Assembly (NCBI GenBank): GCA_964016885.1
Contig: OZ024743.1
Location: 30,194,001 to 30,258,000 of the forward strand
DNA: 64,000 nt
Direction: 5' to 3'
DNA from: Eledone cirrhosa
Lineage: Eukaryota
A program made the translations under genes and the position numbers. Under the pieces are notes generated by a model. The model was not told where the DNA came from, searched no databases, and saw nothing but the letters and a program-made list of their open reading frames with translations. Positions 13,646-25,331 of this stretch are shown here, piece by piece. How positions within the stretch are numbered: the first letter of the stretch is position 1; each line of letters starts with the position of its first letter.

Positions 13646-13756
13646 AATCTGTTATTTTAATAAATATTTGCTCTACGGTTCTTATATATTTGATATATAT
13701 TTATCTTTATCGAGCCCTCTTTCGATTTTAGTCTTCACATTTATTATTATTACTAT

Positions 13757-13787
<31 letters not shown>

Positions 13788-13850
13788 TACACACACACAC
13801 CCACACACACCCACACACCCACCCACACACACACAGATATATATATATAT

Positions 13851-14039
13851 AATTGTTTCTACTTTAGGCACAAGGCCAGTAATTACCCAGTGCATTACTG
13901 GTACTTTATTTTATAGACCCCGTAAGGACGAAAGACAAAGTTAACCTCGGCGGGATTTGAACACAGAATGGCAAGGGTGTATCTCTATACGTCAAAGAAT
14001 GGCGTCCGACCCTCTCCCGATACTGCCAATCCACCGCCC
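13851..14039 (-). mobile_element. tRNA-derived SINE (main family)
   Basis: Box A tggcagtatcgg, box B gttcaaatccc, body ctttcgtccttacggggtc, end ggccttgtgcc..gtagaaacaatt. Confidence 0.85.
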
Positions 14040-14040
14040 T

Positions 14041-14822
14041 ATATATATAATATATGTAGAAAGAAACACAGACAATTCCGTGTCTAAAATTACGAGGGTA
14101 GAAAATGCCACAAATGATTTATATATTTAACCTGAAACATACAGTGTGATATAAAATTATATACACACCGTATCAATAACAATTTCATCTCTCGGACAGA
14201 TTAGAGATTTAATTCGTTTCGCCCTGAGAATTGTGTTTGTAACAGATAAACCGTAGGCTTTTCTCAGCGAGAGATAAAGATCAAATGAAACAAAACACAT
14301 CTAACAACAACACACAGGAGTAAATTATACACATCGTGGGTTGCACGCTATACGAGGTGTGAGTGGATATGCTAGAAATAATAGCCTTATTACACTCAAC
14401 TTATAAGCTCACCTAGTTAGGGAGCCGAAATACAAATAAAATACAGAGTTATTAACTCATATTGACACCCTGCAATTAACAAGCTCAAAGTATAAATACT
14501 GAGCATTTTGGCAGTATCGGTAGAGGGTCGACGCCATGCTTTCCAGCATAGTTACGTCCCTTTACGATCTGAGTTCAAATCCCGCCGATGTTGACTTTGT
14601 CTTTCATCCTTACGGGGTTGATAAAATAAAGTACCAGTAATGAACTGGGTAATTGCTGGCCTTGTGCCTAAAGTAGAAACAATTATATAATAATATATGT
14701 AGAGATAAACACAGAAAATTCCGTGTCTAAAATTACGAGGGTTGGGAATGCCACAAATGTTTTATATATTTAACCTGAAACATACAGTAAGATATACAAT
14801 TATATACAGACCGTATCAATAA
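14041..14822 (+). repeat. ~135-bp direct repeat (14045-14180 and 14690-14822)
   Basis: aattccgtgtctaaaattacgaggg...ccgtatcaataa occurs twice. Confidence 0.8.
14508..14686 (+). mobile_element. tRNA-derived SINE (main family)
   Basis: tggcagtatcggtagag...gagttcaaatcccgcc...ggccttgtgcctaaagtagaaacaattat. Confidence 0.85.
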
Positions 14823-15230
14823 TTTGCATATATATATATATATATATATTCAGTCTTGAGGTTCACCACTGGATAGAGCTGGTCAATTCCGTATGGTCAA
14901 TCGCAATGTAATAATATAGAGAGTACTCAACGTAAAGCAGTTCAACCGTCTTTGTTTTTGTAGTTGGTGGTGCTATTACGGAGTTAAATATTATAATGAA
15001 ATGACAGGCGGCTGGATTTGTGTAAATCCTTGAAAGGTTTATTATACTATGATCATTTCAATGACCGGGTTCCGTATGAATCCGGTGATATCACCAGGTA
15101 TTCAAAATATAATACGTGAATGTACTAGATAAAATCCATGGGGCTGAAAATATTATTATAAATATATATCAATTATTTGTATATATATATATATATATAT
15201 ACATATATATTTATTAAAATAACAGATTAA

Positions 15231-15281
15231 AGTTTAAGCAAAGAATCGCTGCTTTCAGACTTAACGGGATCTTCTGAAACT
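15231..15281 (-). ncRNA. Hammerhead-like fold, CAGAnGA family (stem II damaged)
   Basis: AGTTT|CAGAAGA|tcccgttaagtct|GAAAGCA...TGCTT|AAACT. Confidence 0.45.
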
Positions 15282-15397
15282 AACAAAGTCAATCTGTAAA
15301 CGCAAATTTATTATTGTTACTATATATATATATATATATATATTATTATTACTGTATATATATATATTATTATTACTATATATATATATATTATTAT

Positions 15398-15476
<79 letters not shown>

Positions 15477-15601
15477 ATAAATATTCTTAAAAAGGCTCCA
15501 GTTGCATTTTTGATTTCTTTTCCTTATATGTATATATATATATATATAGTGAAAGAATGAAGAGTAACATGGTTAGCTGTACAAAAAGGGGGCTTTTTTA
15601 A

Positions 15602-15712
15602 GTACTGACAATTGTTTCGTTGATCAGGTGAGTCTAGAGGTCACTAATCGCTTGAAGTTGCGTCACTCGATCTCCAATACATAATTTACCCCTGGTCAAC
15701 ACATCAGAGTAC
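15602..15712 (-). ncRNA. Type I hammerhead, A9->U core, extended stem II
   Basis: GTACT|CTGATGT|GTTGACCAGG...CCTGATCAAC|GAAAC AATT GTC|AGTAC. Confidence 0.65.
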
Positions 15713-16357
15713 GTAGATATAAAAATAATTCGTTCGAGGCAATATATATAGTAGAATCGCCTATAATCAAAACAATAACAAAATACACACCATCACACCG
15801 TTATTAGCTGTCAAACGGCCGTCTGGTCACTGGATCATAAATCTCTAAACATCTCTTTCACCTTCTCTTCATGAAAGAGCATCAAACCCATTAAGATAGA
15901 TCAATCAGCAAAACATTTACAACAAACGTTTGTCAAACGTCCTTTCACCCATAGCCCGTAAATTTCATACATGTAACGCCCAATTAATCTCTAATTTAAT
16001 ACTTTTTCTTCTATTATCTGTCACTACATCAGACCCTCTACAAGTATCTATGTATATCTCGAATCTGGTTTTGCACGTTAGCACTAAGCCCACCAAGGAA
16101 TCCTTATAAGAACATTTACTCACCATCACTACAAATGTACTTACATGTTCTCACTTATCCTTATTTCTTTCTTTATTTTCCATTTTCTCATTTTCTTACT
16201 TTTTTATTGTATCCTATCTTATCTTTTACTTTTTACTTTTTACTTTTTACATCTGTAACTTCTCTACCATATGAGTTTTATTATTGATGTTATTGTTTTG
16301 ATTATACGCTATTCTTCTATATATGTCTTGCCTCGAGTGAATTACTTTTATATCTAC

Positions 16358-16468
16358 GTACTCTGAAGTGTTGACCAGAGGTAAATTATATATTAGAGAT
16401 CGAGTGACGCAATTTCAAGCGATTAGCGACCTCTAGAGTCACCTGATCGACGAAACAATTGGCAGTAC
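16358..16468 (+). ncRNA. Same hammerhead family; cleavage triplet mutated to GGC
   Basis: GTACT|CTGAAGT|GTTGACCAG...CTGATCGAC|GAAAC AATT GGC|AGTAC. Confidence 0.55.
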
Positions 16469-18129
16469 TTAAAAAAAATCTCTTTTTGTACAGCCAACCA
16501 TGTTACTCTTCATTCTTTCACTATTATTACTCCAAGTATAACCTGCATAGGAATCACCGCGAACTCGTTGCATAACTATGAAAGCATCTTGTTGAGTCAA
16601 ACAAAACCGTACGTTAAAACTATCCACGACGCAGAGTACTCACAACCTCTAACTGGATTACCTATAACGATAACTTGTTATCCCATATGGAAAAGAATGA
16701 AACGAAATGTACACATACGTACATATATGTGTGTGCATGTATATATATATATATATGTACGTATGGGTGGTTTACAGAACATTTATTATAATGTTTGGTT
16801 TGTTTGTAAACAAACAGCCCGAATTACACCGTTCAATGCTCGGCAACCATCGTCGCCTTTTTGTTCAACACTGACACATGAACGATGTACTAGTTTCAAG
16901 CGTATTAGCTATCGTCAGCATCGTATACCTTTCTGTCAGATGATTGAACCTTTGAAAATATATACTCTCCTTATGCATATTAACGGCTGAGCAGCCTAAT
17001 TTGCATATCGAGTGAGTTAGTCGGCCGGCGCACCGAAAACGATAAATGGAAAAGAATGAAACGAAATTTTATTTCTCACTCTTAGTACGGCTGATACCTA
17101 ATTATAAGTATGTATACGTACATACATATATGTGTACAGACGTACAGTCGTATGTATATATATATACATGTACACATTCTTTTCCATTTATCGTTTTCGG
17201 TTACATACTATATATATATATATATATGTATATATAAGTGTTTGTGTTTTTAATGATGGTGATGATGATGATAATGATGATGATGATGATGAAGATAGGA
17301 AGGAGGATAATGATATTGAAATGATGATACTTATGCTCACGGCTTGGTGGTAATGACATGGCGGATTAGGCTAGGGAAGTTTCTGACGGTGGCAACGATG
17401 GGGATACTGAAGGTGCTGATTGTAAAGACACCAATCGAGTCTTTCGATTCACCGCCACGTAAGTCCATGTCGGTGTTTACAATAATTAAATTATTTGGCA
17501 TAGCGCATAAGAAAAATATTAATAATCTGGGATGTGTATGAAATAAGTTTATTGAGTTGACCAGTCATCTTAAGCTGTAATTTTCACAAAAAACTTCTTG
17601 TGCCTCGATTAATAATCAGCAAAGGTCTCTCAGTTTGCATATGTTTAAACACGACAATTGTGTCGGTGGAAACAAGATAATGGTTATATCTCAGTGCGGA
17701 ATTATCCCGAGAATACAGAAAATGCAGAGGGAATACGGTTCTACATGTTGTACTTTTCACAAGTGTCATATATTAACGTGAGTATTAGTGCTGGTAAATG
17801 TCAATAAGTAAGATGTTTGATTGTTTGATAGTTTCTTTCTTTCATTCTTTCTTCCTTTATTTATTTATTCATTTATATATGTATATATTTATTTATCATT
17901 ATCAAGCTGCGATAATTTATTTATCAGAAAGTGTTCTACCATTTTCAGTATGGATAAATTGCTATGGGGAAATGAGAGTAACTGTACTACAAGCAAAATT
18001 ATCAGTAATAATATATTAGCAAATATGGAGAATCCCAGTCATAGCAAGAAGGCAAGGATTGTTTAGATCCACATATATTGCCAAGAATATATAAATATAT
18101 AGTAGTGTGTGTGGGGGGGGGGGCGTGTG

Positions 18130-18215
<86 letters not shown>

Positions 18216-18385
18216 AAGAATTAATATCTAGTAACATATATATACATATGGATGCATATCAATGCTAGCAAATATATAGGTTTTGTCTTAGTAACTTTGT
18301 GGTTCAATGCATGGGGTTGCAGAACAATAATATGAGAGACGTAAAATAAGAAAATTATAAAATTAACTTACTTACTAAAATATCA

Positions 18386-18465
18386 CTTCCAACTAATTAG
18401 TTTCTGAAATGGAATAAATATACTTTCCGAAGAAAACACAGAGAATCATTTCGTCGTCAGGGAAG
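18386..18465 (-). ncRNA. Type I hammerhead ribozyme (523-bp family)
   Basis: CTTCC|CTGACGA|cGAAATG...CATTTCa|GAAAC TAATTA GTT|GGAAG. Confidence 0.8.
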
Positions 18466-19124
18466 ACTATTCTCATCTAAGTATCCAGGCAAAGCGTTGA
18501 CTCTGGAAACTTATTCAAAAATAATTCAGTGGAAAGAAAATAGCAAAGCGTGGACTGAATTCCTAGCCATTGAGAAAATCACTGTCTCTGCGTCGGTGGC
18601 AAATTCAAAAAGAATCAATCACGTGACATCGAGGTCAATCAGTGGAAAGTGGTTTGCTAATAAGACAGCGGCCTGCCTGCTACCATAGCAGTAGTCTTAG
18701 CCAATATTGCTCGACAAATAATTTGGAGATAATTATATTATTGTTCTGCAACCCCATGCATTGAACCACAAAGTTACTAAGACAAAACCTATATATTTGC
18801 TAGCATTGATATGCATCTATATGTATATATATGTTACTAGATATTAATTCTTTATAATTATCTCCAAATTATTTGTCGAGCAATATTGGCCAAGACTGCT
18901 GCTATGGTAGCAGGCAGGCCGCTGTCTTATTAGCAAACAACTTTCCACTGATTGACCTCGATGTCACGTGATTGATTCTTTTTGAATTTGCCACCGACGC
19001 AGAGACAGTGATTTTCTCAATGGCTAGGAATTCAGTCCACGCTTTGCTATTTTCTATCCACTGAATTATTTTTGAATAAGTTTCCAGAGTCCACGCTTTG
19101 CCTGGATACTTAGATGAGAATAGT

Positions 19125-19204
19125 CTTCCCTGACGACGAAATGATTCTCTATGTTTTCTTCGGAAAGTATATTTATTCCATTTCAGAAACTAATTAGTTG
19201 GAAG
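19125..19204 (+). ncRNA. Type I hammerhead ribozyme (523-bp family)
   Basis: Same fold; tttc-TTCG-gaaa hairpin inside loop II. Confidence 0.8.
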
Positions 19205-19647
19205 TGATATTTTAGTAAGTAAGTTAATTTTATAATTTTCTTATTTTACGTCTCTCATATTATTGTTCTGCAACCCCATGCATTGAACCACAAAGTTACT
19301 AAGACAAAACCTATATATATTGCTAGCATTGATATGCATCTATATGTATATATATGTTACTAGATATTAATTCTTTATAATTATCTCCAAATTATTTGTC
19401 GAGCAATATTGGCCAAGACTGCTGCTATGGTAGCAGGCAGGCCGCTGTCTTATTAGCAAACCACTTTCCACTGATTGACCTCGATGTCACGTGATTGATT
19501 CTTTTTGAATTTGCCACCGACGCAGATGCAGTGATTTTCTCAATGGCTAGGAATTCAGTCCACGCTTTGCTATTTTCTATCCACTGAATTATTTTTGAAT
19601 AAGTTTCCAGAGTCCACGCTTTGCCTGGATACTTAGATGAGAATAGC

Positions 19648-19727
19648 CTTCTCTGACGACGAAATGATTCTCTATGTTTTCTTTGGAAAGTATATTTATT
19701 CCATTTCAGAAACTATTTAGTTGGAAG
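19648..19727 (+). ncRNA. Type I hammerhead ribozyme (523-bp family)
   Basis: CTTCT|CTGACGA...GAAAC TATTTA GTT|GGAAG. Confidence 0.75.
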
Positions 19728-19777
19728 TGATATTTTAGTAAGTAAGTTAATTTTATAATTTTCTTATTTTACGTCTC

Positions 19778-19833
<56 letters not shown>

Positions 19834-20696
19834 CTATATAATATATATGTGGGTGCATGTGATATGTATACACTGGACATAGAGACACACACACATATAT
19901 ACCCAACTTTCAAACTACTCTGTCAAAACCACTATCCCTTTCTCTTTATCTTTCTCTCGCTTTGTTTATAAAGGTACCGGGAAAACCACATATCTCGGGA
20001 ACCCCTGGTCCGATGTCTACGAAACATGTTTTATTCCATTTGTATCCCCATTTCAGGACAACTTCCTGAGAAAGAATTTTCCCATTATGCACACTTTTGG
20101 CTGTATTACGTTACAGACAAGCAAGCAATCACAGACTTTTAGTATCATATAGATAAATCATACCTATTTTGTTGTATGTATTACCCTTGACTGCATTACT
20201 GATTCGCAAAAAAAGGTTTAGCATTTAAAAGCTGCTTGGAACAACATGTAATAAAGAATTTAGAACGACCCTACATATTATAATCTAAAATATATAGTGG
20301 AGCTCGAAATAACATAAATCATGTTGTGTCTAATGAGTCTTCACCATCCAAATTCTATTTTTATTGATGTAAATCAGAGACAGCGATTGCATATATAACC
20401 AAAACAATTACCATCGGTAGTTAAGGGAAAATACTTCATTTTGGAATACAAAACAATTTAAATATCGCTATTTCTGGATGAATATGAAACTAAGGTTTGA
20501 AAACTAAACAAACCATAACAGAACGTTCTAGTTTTCGTAGAGTAGTTTCATAATGCAGTTTTATGGTTGAGATTAGTACCATAATCGTAATGGGATGTAA
20601 CTAAATGAGACACAATTTTGTTTTCTATTGCATGTATCCTATGGCAGATTATGTTTATAGATACTGAAGCTAAAGAGAATGTTATCAAATATATAT

Positions 20697-20852
20697 TTCT
20701 TCTTCTTCTTCTTCTTCTTCTTCTTCTTCTTCTTCTTCTTCTTCTTCTTCTTCTTCTTCTTCTTCTTCTTCTTCTTCTTCTTCTTCTTCTTCTTCTTCTT
20801 CTTCTTCTTCTTCTTCTTCTTCTTCTTCTTCTTCTTCTTCTTCTTCTTCTTC
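20697..20852. repeat. (CTT)n microsatellite
   Basis: Direct reading. Confidence 0.97.
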
Positions 20853-21345
20853 TTTATCCTGTCATCTTCACAGAACTGTTATTGTTGTAATTCTTTAAAA
20901 TCTCAAACACAGTATAATTTTTTAAGTTGGTCCTTTCATTGACGCAAGCCTCTTTTTATATATAACTATTTATAAATTCTTGGAATACATCATATGGTTT
21001 TGAATTATAGCAATTTTGTAATGTAGTTATATTATAAATACTTGGAATTACAGAAACATTTATGCCAACTGTTTGTTTGGCGAACTATTGCCATATCGTT
21101 TGAGAGGGGTTAATCTCCTGATGTAAAGATAATGGAAGCAAATGTACTAAGATTGGATCATTAGATTAATATGTTAATGTAGCGTAAAATTATACAGGAC
21201 TTTACATTTAGAAATATTTTAATCCGTGTTTAAGCCTAATGTTTGGTAATGGTAACATTAACACATTTATAGTAATTCATACAATTCTCATATATCTAAC
21301 TAACAACTAACCTAACTATCTACTTACATACAGACATGTATATAC

Positions 21346-21409
<64 letters not shown>

Positions 21410-21411
21410 AC

Positions 21412-21510
<99 letters not shown>

Positions 21511-21552
21511 TACATATACATGTGTGTGTGTATGTGTATTATATATATATAT

Positions 21553-21643
21553 AAAGGAAATAAATACAAAGAGTTTAGAACCGTTAAAACATGTTTATAT
21601 AATTGTTTTTAACGGTGTTAAACTCTTTGTATTCATTTCCCTT
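21553..21643. repeat. Imperfect ~90-bp palindrome
   Basis: aatacaaagagttt..accgttaaaa / ttttaacggt..aaactctttgtatt. Confidence 0.8.
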
Positions 21644-21803
21644 ATAATCGTTGTGCTTATTTTTTCTCGCCCACTAAATATTGACGCTTCTAATATTTAA
21701 CCCTGTAGGCACGAGTATTGAGTACACATGCATAAACTATTGGCAACTAAATATATGTATCGACCATCTTTCCATTCTCTTATCTCTTTCGATACCTAAT
21801 CAA

Positions 21804-21864
<61 letters not shown>

Positions 21865-21983
21865 GTAAGTTAAAAACAAAAACAATAACGAAGTGTGAAG
21901 TACAAACAGTGTTCGTATTAGGTTCACGCTATATATACAGATATATACACACACGCACACGCACACACCTATATATGTATTTT

Positions 21984-22028
<45 letters not shown>

Positions 22029-22046
22029 ATATATATACAAGTTAAT

Positions 22047-22241
22047 ATAAATTAATATACGATAAACACGTAAGTGTTTGTATTGCAAAAGACGAAGTTA
22101 GCTAGAATGAAACAAACTAATTAAAATGAATATAGATTTTATATAGTTTTTATATTCATTTTAATTAGTTTATTTCATTCTAGCTAACTTCGTCTTTTGC
22201 AATACGAACACTTATGTGTTTATCATATATTAATTTATATT
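22047..22241. repeat. Near-perfect ~195-bp palindrome
   Basis: gtattgcaaaagacgaagttagctagaatgaaa / tttcattctagctaacttcgtcttttgcaatac. Confidence 0.9.
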
Positions 22242-22312
22242 AACTCAGAAATGCTTCTTTCTTTGAGCTAATTAATTGTAAAGGACTGTTTGAGTTTAAA
22301 ACTCTAAATATA

Positions 22313-22378
<66 letters not shown>

Positions 22379-22739
22379 CGCGCGCGAGTGTGTGTGTGTG
22401 TCTTTCTGTCTGTGTGTGCATGTATAATATGTAAACGGAAATGAAGTAGCAATGTTATAGCATCTTATACATATTTTCTTTTATTACAATTTTATATATG
22501 TGTGTGTTTGAGTATGTGTGTGCTCGTGTGTGTTTCTCTGTGTGTATGCGTGTATTTGCAGGGAGGTATTGTTCAGGTATTGATATATCTTCAATTTGTG
22601 AGACTCTTTGTCTTGCTATAACAACTGTTGAAGGAAAAACATTGTTATTCAATTTGTACACCGTGTATCATAGTTAGTTTCCTGTGTAAAACGCCAATGT
22701 TATTTTGGGTTTGTTTAAACGTTTATATCGAAGCTCATA

Positions 22740-23748
22740 AATAGTAATGCCTACAAGAAAAGTAAACCTGTGCTGCTCACAGATATACTAGACGTCTTTG
22801 AACGGACACTCCTACTGGGATGTCAAGTATTAAAAGAAATTCTTTTTTCAGCACAAATATACATCCCCGTCATCATGATCTCTCTCCATAACTCTAAACC
22901 AGGAGGAGAAGAAAATGAAAATGGATGCTAACTTCAGTCAACAAACAGACGTAGCGGAAGAAACGAACAAGTCCGTATAAATACACTTTCAAAATAGAGT
23001 AACTATTAATTGAAACAACACAAGCAACAACAACAATAGTGAAATGAATAAAAAACTTCTAAACGAAAGAAAAAACATCGACAGAATAAGGAAAGCTCTG
23101 CAACTCCCTCTCCTAAAACAAATACACACATACACACACAGACAACCAGTACTACTGAAACGTTATAAAATAAAATTGAGTCCTCATCCTCTAGTAGCGA
23201 AAATCAGGGACAACCAAGGAAGGCAAAAGGCTAAAATGCAAACGCAAACAACTGAAACCGGAGATGCCACACACACAACAAATACTTCCTCAACACTGAT
23301 ATTTACTATACCACCATCACAATCCCTGAAATGCAAATAACGACAACAAACACAAAAACAAAACAAGACACAACTTCGTGGGCCAACAAGACTTTCTTGG
23401 CCTTAATAGCACAAATTAAAGAAATAGAACAGCAGGGGGAGATATTTGAAACGAGAACATATCACGTGCCAGACGATTTACTACTGGTATGAATGTCACT
23501 CGACGCCTATGAATGGATGAGAAAGAACTTTCCACCAGAAGAGGGAACCCCAAGTGTTAACCCACATCAAGAATTTTAAAGTGGTTTCCAAGGGAAGCAC
23601 CTCTCTGTTAGCTGCCTAATATGGCCATTGAAAGAGTAGGATGCTGGAACGTTGGTGGCCTAGGGTCGTCATGCAAGCAGGGTTAACTGCTGAACGACCT
23701 CGAGTCACTAGACATGAATGTGATTGCCGTCAGTGATGCTCAGAATAT
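22740..23748 (+). mobile_element. Old Tx1-like fragment: probable ORF1 remnant and ORF2 start
   Basis: From ~23620 MAIERVGCWNVGGLGSSCKQG*LLNDLESLDMNVIAVS, homologous to the ORF2 N-terminus; left boundary approximate. Confidence 0.65.
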
Positions 23749-23749
23749 G

Positions 23750-25125
23750 TACGAGTGTGTGCATGTCGGAGACCCAGTTGACGGCACTTCCATGCCTGTA
23801 AAGTTTATCTCGAACTGGAAAATCTCACCGGTAGCACTGCCAGGCCAGGAATTTCTAGAAGTTGTCCATGGGCCCTGGCCCGAAAGTTCTCCCGAAGAGA
23901 TTGGCTAGTTCATTTTCGTCGATATCCGGAGTCTCCCCAAGGACATCGTCGCTCTTTTCCTCCACTAACCCTCTATAGAACGCCAAGGTGGAGTTTCCGC
24001 CGATCGCATCGCCCGATTGGGTGAGGACTGTCAACGCCTAAATACATTCCAATCTTGAAGCGCTCCCTCTCGGTCTTCGCTTGACCCAGGACTGCAGCTC
24101 CATCAAGGAGTCGAACTGGGGAAAACGCGTCTAGCAAACGGTGACCACACCTGTTCACCGTCGAAGAAGAGCTGGAGATACCATAGTCTGAGCGCATGTC
24201 TGCACATCATCTGCCATGGCATGCCCAGCCCTCCACGTAGCGGTTGTTGGCAGCAGATAAACCGCCTGACTATCGGAAAGCCTCCCTTACTCAAAAGGTT
24301 AAATAGGAAGACTGCCTCTTCAGTTGCTAATCTGCAGGCCCACCGACTTGTCCTGCTTGATCACTGCTCCTGTCATGCCTCGCATTCTTTTAGTGTACTG
24401 CCGATCGCCTCGTTGTGTTTGACCTTCGACACCACTACGGTGACGTCGTCGGCATTTACAGACATGGTTCTCCCGCATCCCACTTCCCGCGTGACGCCCC
24501 TCAACGCCTCCTGTTTGTGCAATAACGTCTTGTGAGCCAATATGTACAACATATACGAGAGGGGACATCATTGGCGGACAGAGCGCATGATGTTGAACAG
24601 TTCCAAAATGTGACCATTTACTTTCATCACAAGAGAAGATGTCGCTGTGCATGGGAGCAATCCAGCTTCTGAAGACGGGCCCAAAGCCGGCCGGCAGATA
24701 GCGATGGTTAACCCAATCGAAAGATTTCGCCCGATCTAAATTGGTCAAGGACCCACCCGTGCCAGGTTCCCTAGCTCTCCTCTGCATGATGTATCACATG
24801 AGGTGGAGGTTGTCGTGGATCTATCTGGAATGGTGCATATCTGCACCTCACCCACCAGAACAATGATGACAAGCATCAATCTCTTTACTAGCATCCTTGC
24901 CAAAATCTTGAAGTCTGCGTTTCCCAGAGTTATGGGCCTGAAATTATCTATGTTGTCCCCCTGTTCGTGTCCTTTCTCAGAAGCCCAGCCACTCCTCGGC
25001 TCACAGAGCTGGCAATTCTCCTGTCTGCTGCCAATTGTAATAGACGTCCGCCAAGAAGTCGCCGAAAAGTATGGCATGCTCGTAGGGCAGACCATTCAAA
25101 CCAGGCGATTTACCCATCGTGCAGT
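23750..25125 (-). mobile_element. Old Tx1-like ORF2 RT/C-terminal fragment with frameshifts and internal deletion
   Basis: GDNIDNFRPITL, REPGTGGSL.NLD..KSFD, ICCQQPLRGGLGMPW. Confidence 0.9.
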
Positions 25126-25263
25126 CATATATGTATTTGTGTGTGTGTGTGCGCGTGTGTGTGTGCGCGTGTGTATGTGCGCGTGTGTGTGTGCGCGTGT
25201 GTGTGTGTGCGTGTGTGTTTATTTGTGTGTGTGTGTGTGAATGTGTGTGCGCGTATGCATATC

Positions 25264-25331
25264 TAGTGTGTGTATAGAGTGTACACTAGTGTGTATAGAG
25301 TATACGCTAGTGTGTATAGAGTGTACACTAG
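25264..25331. repeat. 21-bp minisatellite, ~3 copies
   Basis: tagtgtgtatagagtgtacac units. Confidence 0.85.

Larger units (their letters stand above)
15548..16525. mobile_element. Inverted pair of ~240-bp hammerhead-bearing repeats (pLTR-like) around a ~480-bp spacer
   Basis: 15548-15790 is the reverse complement of ~16280-16525. Confidence 0.8.
18213..19781. mobile_element. Retrozyme/pLTR-like array: one inverted permuted monomer + two tandem ~523-bp monomers
   Basis: Unit start tattattgttctgcaacccc at ~18736 and ~19259; 18213-18735 is a reverse-complement circular permutation. Confidence 0.9.
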
